Source of the DNA: Roseibacillus sp.
GTDB taxonomy: Bacteria > Verrucomicrobiota > Verrucomicrobiia > Verrucomicrobiales > Akkermansiaceae
Length of the DNA: 64,000 bases
Assembly (NCBI GenBank): GCA_965242925.1
Contig: CBDEUM010000042.1
Location: forward strand, 33,807 to 97,806
Reading direction: 5' to 3'
Shown here: positions 57,519 to 64,000 of the stretch, in pieces
How the letters are laid out: each line of letters opens with the position of its first letter
Numbering within the stretch: position 1 is the stretch's first letter
Program-made: the position numbers and the translations under genes
The notes under the pieces: model-generated
The model's database searches: none
Told to the model about the DNA's origin: nothing
Seen by the model: only the letters and a program-made list of their open reading frames with translations

Positions 57519-57887
57519 GTGCTTCAGATCGTCTTCAACGAGGTCAGCGCGGCCGAAATCTCCCTGCTCGATACCCTGGAGCAACTTGAACTCCTCGACG
57601 AGTTCAAGGTGAACGAGAACGATCTGGCCCATCTGGAGGATAATCGCTTCGGCAAGATCGAGAGGGATGGCAAGACGCTCTACCGGTTCCGTTCCCGCGA
57701 CTGGCGCTTTTACTTCGAAGTGATCGATGATCATGTGAGGGTCCATCGCGTCCTCCACAAGAACACCTTCCAGGACTTCCTCTTCCGGTCCAATCTGCCA
57801 TTCCGGGCAGAAGACGAAGAACTCGCGCAATCCAAGCAGTTCTGGCGGCTCATCGACGAGGGCCGCCAAGCCAGGCCCAGCAGTTGA
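57519..57887 (+). CDS. RelE/ParE-like small protein
   Basis: 'QIVFNE.S..E', 'LYRFRSRDWRFYF', 'VHRVLH' RelE-fold pattern. Confidence 0.6.
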   Translation: MLQIVFNEVSAAEISLLDTLEQLELLDEFKVNENDLAHLEDNRFGKIERDGKTLYRFRSRDWRFYFEVIDDHVRVHRVLHKNTFQDFLFRSNLPFRAEDEELAQSKQFWRLIDEGRQARPSS

Positions 57888-57981
57888 AGACGCATCCCTG
57901 TCCGGCCCCTGGCGCCGAAGGTCCCGGGCCGAGGGTTGAATCAGGTTCGATCGCTACAGGTTGCCCTGCCAGCGACCCGGG

Positions 57982-59046
57982 TCAGCCATCCACCTTGGGC
58001 TCTCCCTCCTTGGGCTCTCCCTCCTTGGGCTCTCCCTCCTTGGGCTCTCCCTCCTTGGGTTCTCCCTCCTTGGGCTTCTCTTCGGCATCAGCCTTCGGCT
58101 TGGGCTTGGCCTTCACCTTCGGCTTGTTGTCCTCCCGGTAACGCAGGAAAAAGGTGTAGTCGGAGGGCAGCGCCTTGCCGCTACCGAGGGATTTCTTCCA
58201 GAGATCGCACATGGCGAGCCCCTCCTGCAGGAGGAAATAGCCGGGGGAATTCGGATCCTCATCCTCCGTCCCCCAGAGCTGGATGGCCAGCTTCACCTCT
58301 TCATTGGCCTTGATGATGCGCAGGCAGGCCAGGGTCGCCGCCTGGGTGAGTTCTTCCGAGGCGGTGTAGTCCGCGGTGAACGCCCCGTTGAAGGCGATCA
58401 GGGCGTCGGTATCGCGGCCCAGCCCTTCGAGAGCGAGTCCGTGGCAGTATTTGATCTGGGCCACGTGCTCTCCAACCCACTTCTTCTTCTCCAGAACCTC
58501 CACGGCCAGGGCATCGAGGCGGGACCAGCTCTTGGTGCGCACCGCATCCCAGACGGCATAAACCTCCAGCTGGTTGCGCTGGTGTTCCCGTGCCAGGGTC
58601 CCGAACTGGTAGACGTCGAGCAACTTCTTGAGGCTCTCAAGGTCGAACATCTTACGGCAGGTCTCCAGCTCATAGAACCCTGCCAGGGTCCCGTAGTTCC
58701 CCTTGAGGTTGTCGAGCTTGTCGAAGGCTTCCTTGCACGCCGCGAATTTTTCGCGGGCGCCCCGGTAATCACGACTTTCATAAAGCTCCACGGCCTCCTT
58801 GAAGATGGGGGGCTCAAAGAAATAGACCGACTTCACCTCCGAACGCTTGATCCGGTTGCGGTTCAGACTCTGCGGGGTGGTCTTGTACTCGATCTGGGTG
58901 GAACTGGCGGCCGTGATCCACACTTTCATGATGTCGTCCTGCTTGCTCACCGGCTCGGTGTAGCCGATGAGGGACAAAGCATCCGCGGCGGGAAGCCTAA
59001 TCACGGAGACAAACAGGAAGATGATGCCGAGAATCAGTTTATTCAT
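57982..59046 (-). CDS. Secreted TPR-like protein with (EGEPK)5 tail
   Basis: Signal peptide and helical repeats. Confidence 0.78.
   Translation of the reverse strand: MNKLILGIIFLFVSVIRLPAADALSLIGYTEPVSKQDDIMKVWITAASSTQIEYKTTPQSLNRNRIKRSEVKSVYFFEPPIFKEAVELYESRDYRGAREKFAACKEAFDKLDNLKGNYGTLAGFYELETCRKMFDLESLKKLLDVYQFGTLAREHQRNQLEVYAVWDAVRTKSWSRLDALAVEVLEKKKWVGEHVAQIKYCHGLALEGLGRDTDALIAFNGAFTADYTASEELTQAATLACLRIIKANEEVKLAIQLWGTEDEDPNSPGYFLLQEGLAMCDLWKKSLGSGKALPSDYTFFLRYREDNKPKVKAKPKPKADAEEKPKEGEPKEGEPKEGEPKEGEPKEGEPKVDG
57994..58068 (-). repeat. 15-bp coding tandem repeat x5 (EGEPK)
   Basis: CTTGGGYTCTCCCTC x5 on the + strand. Confidence 0.95.
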
Positions 59047-59090
59047 GGTTTCATTCAGTTGAGTGTTCGATAGCGACGGCGGGCGGGAAT

Positions 59091-62000
59091 CTACCTCCTC
59101 TTCTTTTTCTCCTCCACGATCTTGGTGACCGAACTATCGTCCTCGTAGCGCTGGACGAGGTCCTTCACCTCCTCCCAGAGTTTCTTTTCCTCGTCCTTCA
59201 TCTGCGCGAGAAGGTGCTGCGTCGAATCACGGAACTTGTAGCCTATTTCATACGCCTGCTGGTGGTCCTCCGGCTTGTCCCGCTCCCAGACCAGTTCCAT
59301 CACCCGCTTCAGGGAGGGGGCGGAAACCCGGATAAGCCCGGTGTAGCCGGCCCACGTCTTGTTGTAGGAGGAGATGGCATCCTCCACCATTGCGCGTTTG
59401 TCGTAAGACTGGGACAGCATGAAGGAAACCTCCGCCGCATAACGGCGGTAACCTTCCGTCGTAAGGTATTGCTTCGAGCGGGTGGTCACGTCCTTCCAGT
59501 CCTTCTTCTCCCTCAGGATCTCAACGATGCGGTAGAGGGCTCTTTCCTGTTGCTTCTTCTGCGGGGCATTCTTGAAGACGTGCTCCAGGCTTTCCACTGC
59601 CTTCCCCTTCTCAGTCGGGCTGTCAGAGTTTCCGAGGATATCGGCCAGCCCGAAGTTGGCATTGAACCGGTAGGACTGGTCCTCGCGACCCACCACTTCG
59701 TTGTAGTAGGACAGGGCTGCCCGGGGCGTTCTCGTCTTTTCCCGCAGGTAGTCGCCGAGGCGCACGAGCACGTAGTTGGTGAGCTGGGAGGGCTGAAACT
59801 CTTCCTTTAGATCGCGGAAAAGAACGCTAACCATGGCATCCGCCAGACGCTTGTCGCTGGGGTTCTCCTCCTTGTTGGCCTTCTTGCTCTTCTCCTCAAA
59901 CACCGTAATGAGTGCAATCCGCAGGAGGGCCTGGGCTTCCTTGTTACCGGAGTCGATACCGGGGAAGTTGTAGTAGTGCTCCTTGAGCTCGTCCTCACTG
60001 TGGTTCTTCAGATAGGCCCGGGTATAGGAATTGATGGCCTCCTCCAACCCGAAGGCCCCGGCCACGGCAGCGAGTTCTGCAATCACTCCCTGCAAGCGCT
60101 CAAGAGCTTCCTCTTCCCGGCCCACCACCGTGAGGGGATGCACCCCGGCCACCGCGGTCTGCGCCTTGAAGGGCGAGGCCGACCCATGGTCCTTCCAGAA
60201 CTCGTCGTAGTAGGGAACCGCGTCCTTCACCCGCGGGTTCTCTTTCTTGCCCCGCTTCTCCGGCCCCAGAAGCCCCACCAGGTAGAACAGGGACTCGCCC
60301 ACCACGATGGTGTTTTCACGGCGCTTGGCGAGTTCCATGGCCTTCTTGTAGTAGGTCTCGGCCGGATCCCACTCTTCCTGCGTCTGGAAGACGTTGCCCT
60401 TGAGGTTGAAGGCCATGTCCATGATGTCGCTGTTGGGAAACTCGCTCTCGAGGCGGTTAAGCTTCACGAGGGCGGGGTCGAGCTCGTCCTCGGCAAAATG
60501 GCAGTTGGCCCGATCATACAGCGCAAAGGGCAGATAGATGTTCTTGCCCGGGTCCGGATACTTGGAGAGGAAGGAGTCGAGGAGTTCGGCCGCCTTGCCC
60601 CAGTATTGAAGCCGGGAAAGGTTTGACCCCTGGAAGTACAGCGACGCCATGCGGAACTGGCTTTTCTCGTACATCTCCACGTGCTCGTCGAGGTACTTGC
60701 GGGCCACGTCATACTTTCCGGTGTAGTAATAGCTTCCCCCCAGAACGTGCAGGCAGATGTCATGCTGCTTGGAGGGCGAGGCCAGCTTGGGCAGCATGAT
60801 CGTGGCCACCTCGATGCACTTCTCATACTCCCCTTCCATGAAGAGGCTGGTCAGCATCATGCTGCGCACCGACTCAACGTGCTTGCTGTCCGGAAACGTC
60901 TTCAGGAAGAGGCTCCCGTATTTCTCGGTCACCAGCACTTCCCCGATAATGGCGGAAGTTCGCACCAGGTTATAGAGATACTCCTCGCGTTTCTTCGATT
61001 TGTTGTAATAGAGCTCCAGTTGCTCGTAAGCCGCAAAGGCTCCACGTACGTTCTTGTGTTGCTCGTGAATGTAGGCCGTGGCCGCGGTGGCGATCACCTC
61101 GTGAGGATCCCCGGAGCTCCACTGTCCGGTCAGCTCTTCCAAGTCAGCTTCGAGCACCTCCTTGTAAATCTGGCGGTTGCTTTGCGGCGGATCCTGAAAC
61201 TGGCGATCGACAATCCCGATCTGGGCCAGACGGGCCTTGATGTCGTCGATAGAGGCCCTGGTGCTGGGCACCAGAGCATAAAGTTCAAAAGCGGAACGTT
61301 CCATCTCTGCCGCCAGGGCATCCGCCGCCAGTTTCATGAAGACCGGGGCAAAGCTATGCATCTTGAAGGGTTCCAGCTTGATATCCGCCCGGTTCTTCCC
61401 GAGGAAATCCATCAGGGCCTGCTCGTTCTCCTTCTCAATGACCGCTTCCACCATGGCCTGGAACCCCACCATGATGCCCTCGTCGGGAGTCGGGAAGGTC
61501 TCCTTGTTGTCGATCGCAATCTCGAGGTTCTCAATCCCTCCCGGAATCTGGAAGAGCTTGAAGTGCGCCATCGCCATGTTCACGTAAAAGGCCCCCTTCT
61601 GGTACGTGTCTCGCTTGGGATCACGCTCCTGAAGAAATTTCTTGTACATCTTGATCGCAACTTCCCACTCCTGCGCGCCGATGGCGGCGTCCCCCCACTT
61701 GAGAAGGGACTTCTTGTGATAATGGTTGAAGCTCCCCTGGGTGGCCCCGTCCAGACCCGCCCCCCCGGCATTCTTATTGGGGTACTTGGTGTAGCACATC
61801 TTGAAGGACTCCATGGCCGGCTCCCATTGCTTGAGCTTCAGCTCGCAGTAGCCCTTGTGATACCAGAACCAGCCGAACTTCGGACCAAAGAGAGTCTTGG
61901 CCCGCCCGTCGTACTGCGCCACCGCCTTGGCCAGAATTGCATGGGCCTTCGCCCATTCCTTGGCCCGCATAGCGGTAAGTGAATTAGACCAGGCGGTATC

Positions 62001-62096
62001 GACCCCTCCCTGGGCAAACGATTTTTCCGGCAGACAGACCGAGGCGCAAAGGGCTATAAGCCCGCACAGGATCCGGTTCTTGGTGAATTGAATCAT
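59091..62096 (-). CDS. Large secreted tetratricopeptide-repeat protein (~1001 aa)
   Basis: Signal peptide MIQFTKNRILCGLIALCASVCLPEKSFA; many TPR_6-like units ('FLKTFPDS', 'FLSKYPD', 'EFPNS'). Confidence 0.88.
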   Translation of the reverse strand: MIQFTKNRILCGLIALCASVCLPEKSFAQGGVDTAWSNSLTAMRAKEWAKAHAILAKAVAQYDGRAKTLFGPKFGWFWYHKGYCELKLKQWEPAMESFKMCYTKYPNKNAGGAGLDGATQGSFNHYHKKSLLKWGDAAIGAQEWEVAIKMYKKFLQERDPKRDTYQKGAFYVNMAMAHFKLFQIPGGIENLEIAIDNKETFPTPDEGIMVGFQAMVEAVIEKENEQALMDFLGKNRADIKLEPFKMHSFAPVFMKLAADALAAEMERSAFELYALVPSTRASIDDIKARLAQIGIVDRQFQDPPQSNRQIYKEVLEADLEELTGQWSSGDPHEVIATAATAYIHEQHKNVRGAFAAYEQLELYYNKSKKREEYLYNLVRTSAIIGEVLVTEKYGSLFLKTFPDSKHVESVRSMMLTSLFMEGEYEKCIEVATIMLPKLASPSKQHDICLHVLGGSYYYTGKYDVARKYLDEHVEMYEKSQFRMASLYFQGSNLSRLQYWGKAAELLDSFLSKYPDPGKNIYLPFALYDRANCHFAEDELDPALVKLNRLESEFPNSDIMDMAFNLKGNVFQTQEEWDPAETYYKKAMELAKRRENTIVVGESLFYLVGLLGPEKRGKKENPRVKDAVPYYDEFWKDHGSASPFKAQTAVAGVHPLTVVGREEEALERLQGVIAELAAVAGAFGLEEAINSYTRAYLKNHSEDELKEHYYNFPGIDSGNKEAQALLRIALITVFEEKSKKANKEENPSDKRLADAMVSVLFRDLKEEFQPSQLTNYVLVRLGDYLREKTRTPRAALSYYNEVVGREDQSYRFNANFGLADILGNSDSPTEKGKAVESLEHVFKNAPQKKQQERALYRIVEILREKKDWKDVTTRSKQYLTTEGYRRYAAEVSFMLSQSYDKRAMVEDAISSYNKTWAGYTGLIRVSAPSLKRVMELVWERDKPEDHQQAYEIGYKFRDSTQHLLAQMKDEEKKLWEEVKDLVQRYEDDSSVTKIVEEKKKRR

Positions 62097-62250
62097 GACG
62101 TATAGGATTTCTAGTCTGGATTGATCTTCTCTCAAAAACCGGGCCCTCCGGCAAGAACACCAACGGTCAAGACGGGTTTTTCTTAGATCCGGCCCGGGGA
62201 ATCCATCAGAAAATCGCTGCGCCAAGGCGGCGGCCGGACGAACCCATACC

Positions 62251-62736
62251 CTATTTGTGCTGCTCGTCCTGGACCACCAGATCAGTAAAGGTGACCGTGC
62301 TAACATTGTGTTTGGCGAGGTGGTTGAGCACGTCGGATACCACCTGCTGCTCGGCCTCGGCCTCCACGTAGATCTGAACCAGGGGCTTGTTGTTGCCCGC
62401 CTTGGCTGCCGCCGCATAAATTTCAAGGCGCTGGTCCAGACGTGGAAGCGTTCGCTCGCTACCCTGCGCTTCCGTATCGAGCAACTCCTCGGCCGCCCCC
62501 ACGTTGGCGTAGATGTGACCCTCGTTGCTGATCTTGATGAAGAAGGGCTGGATATCCGGCTGAGCCTCCGAGGGAGCAGCGGAGGGCAGGGCCATGCTGT
62601 TGTCCCGCTCCTTCTGCTTGATGGTGGTGGTCACCAGGAAATAGATGAGAAGCAGGAAGCAGACGTCAATGAGCGGAGAGATGCTCAGTTCAGGCTTGTC
62701 TTCCTCAAGGTTTGTGACGCGACGATGTCTGGCCAT
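62251..62736 (-). CDS. exbD: ExbD/TolR family protein
   Basis: ISPLIDVCFLLLIYFLVT. Confidence 0.92.
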   Translation of the reverse strand: MARHRRVTNLEEDKPELSISPLIDVCFLLLIYFLVTTTIKQKERDNSMALPSAAPSEAQPDIQPFFIKISNEGHIYANVGAAEELLDTEAQGSERTLPRLDQRLEIYAAAAKAGNNKPLVQIYVEAEAEQQVVSDVLNHLAKHNVSTVTFTDLVVQDEQHK

Positions 62737-62753
62737 GGGGGCTCCTTGCTACA

Positions 62754-63224
62754 CTAGTTGTTGCGGGACCAGAGACTCACGAAAATCACTTCGTTGATTC
62801 CCGCGGCCGCGGCTGCACGAATGACCCGGCGAACATAGGTGAAGTGCACCTTGCCATCCGCCCTCAGATGCAGGCGGGCCTTCTGGCCCTTGCCGTCCCA
62901 CCGTTCCTTCTCCTTCTTGATGAAATCCACCATGTCCTCGTCGTCCGCGAAGACCTTCTTGCCATCCGCCATCCGGAAGCGCCCTTCACCGGCGTGCTCA
63001 TCACTGTAGACGTTGACCACGATGCGGCCCATCTTGGTCTCCTGATTCTTCGAGTAGCGCGCGATCGGCACCTGCACCTTCTTGTCCATCTCAACGACGA
63101 TCAGGGTGGCGTTGACGATAAAGAAGATGAGCAGCAGGAAGACCATGTCGATCATGGGCGACATATCGACCTCCGTATCGTCATTCTGCTCCTCCTGGGC
63201 AGCACGCAGTTTCGTAGAAGACAT
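62754..63224 (-). CDS. exbD: ExbD/TolR family protein
   Basis: MSPMIDMVFLLLIFFIV, LRAD. Confidence 0.92.
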   Translation of the reverse strand: MSSTKLRAAQEEQNDDTEVDMSPMIDMVFLLLIFFIVNATLIVVEMDKKVQVPIARYSKNQETKMGRIVVNVYSDEHAGEGRFRMADGKKVFADDEDMVDFIKKEKERWDGKGQKARLHLRADGKVHFTYVRRVIRAAAAAGINEVIFVSLWSRNN

Positions 63225-63270
63225 CGTTAGGACTGATTGGTTGCCGGGGAACAGGGACGGCCCCGTCCCT

Positions 63271-64000
63271 TTAGACGGCAATCCCTTCCGGAATCTTAGC
63301 CAAATATGCGTCCTGGTTGACGGTCTGGATCGAGGCGTTGATCAACTCCTCGGAAGTGTGGTGAGATTCCGCCACCAGGTTGTTGAGCCTGTTCTTGAAG
63401 TAGAAGTAGGCAACCAGCGAGGGGATGGCAGTGAGCAGGCCCCAGAAGGTGGTGAGGAGAGCGATCTGGATATCGCCAGCCAGCTGGGCAGGGTCGGCAG
63501 CCCCAGTGGCACTCAGGGACCCGAAGGCGCCGACCATCCCGTAAACCGTTCCAAACAGTCCGAGCATGGGTGCTGCCTGCGCAATCAGGGCGATGTAGTT
63601 GATCCACACCATGTTCTTGCGGCTCTCATTGATGGTGAAATCCGCAATGGCATCCTCCACTCCATCACGTCCCAGATCCTCGGGCCTGGTGGCATCGATG
63701 TTGGGAAGGGAATAAGCGAGCATGCGTCCGACATAACTGGGATGGGAAGCGGCAAGCTCGATGGCGGAACGCACGCGGCAGTTCATCATGTGATCGAGGA
63801 GAGCCGCCTTGAGATCATCGGGGCAGAACTTCGGCTTGGTGAGGTTGATGAAATTGAAGACGCTCAGCGCCAGTAGAGCGATAATTGCAAGGCCGATCAA
63901 AATCATTGGCCAGCCTCCGTCGAGGACCCATTTCTCAAGGGCGTTCTTTTCTCCGCCGGCGTCCTCCGCGGCCATGAGGGCGGGAGCCGAGAGAAAAAAC
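63271..64000 (-). CDS. exbB: MotA/TolQ/ExbB proton channel protein, 5' end outside window
   Basis: APMLGLFGTVYGMVGAF, IALLTTFWGL..AIP. The frame stays open past 63975 (FFLSAPALMA, signal-peptide end). Confidence 0.92.
   Translation of the reverse strand, partial: FFLSAPALMAAEDAGGEKNALEKWVLDGGWPMILIGLAIIALLALSVFNFINLTKPKFCPDDLKAALLDHMMNCRVRSAIELAASHPSYVGRMLAYSLPNIDATRPEDLGRDGVEDAIADFTINESRKNMVWINYIALIAQAAPMLGLFGTVYGMVGAFGSLSATGAADPAQLAGDIQIALLTTFWGLLTAIPSLVAYFYFKNRLNNLVAESHHTSEELINASIQTVNQDAYLAKIPEGIAV

Noticed and set aside
59091..62426. ORF-track start at 62426 for the large TPR protein
   Set aside because: Overlaps exbD; the signal peptide begins at ATG 62096.

Overview
High-GC bacterial chromosomal segment, almost certainly Verrucomicrobiota. 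This is inferred from a PEP-CTERM protein, a TIGR02597-like protein, a PVC-type CxxCH heme protein, a MoxR-DUF58-BatA-vWA cluster and an ExbB-ExbD-ExbD-TPR cluster. It is mostly housekeeping and envelope genes: ispG, clpS, truA, thiE, accBC, trmB, comEC, asd, ispA, leuA, larEBC, a SMUG1-type glycosylase and carbohydrate-active enzymes. I found no rRNA, tRNA, CRISPR array, transposase or prophage. Main observations: (1) A self-contained ECF sigma module (sigma, single-TM anti-sigma, periplasmic helical partner) is followed by three identically spaced TGTAACCAT-N14-CGTC promoters. These lie upstream of a candidate C-loop sRNA and two paralogous secreted 4-EF-hand proteins. (2) Three tandem micro-lipoproteins, two of them absent from the ORF track, are Pro-rich and all end in Lys. 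(3) There is a leuA leader-peptide attenuator candidate. (4) There is a roughly 190-nt structured intergenic RNA candidate. (5) A full-length GH78 appears to lack its catalytic base. (6) A tandem duplication shows domain shuffling. Several single-base indels (about 4719, 17660 and 43860-43995) may be assembly errors. All family calls come from motif recognition by eye, not database searches.
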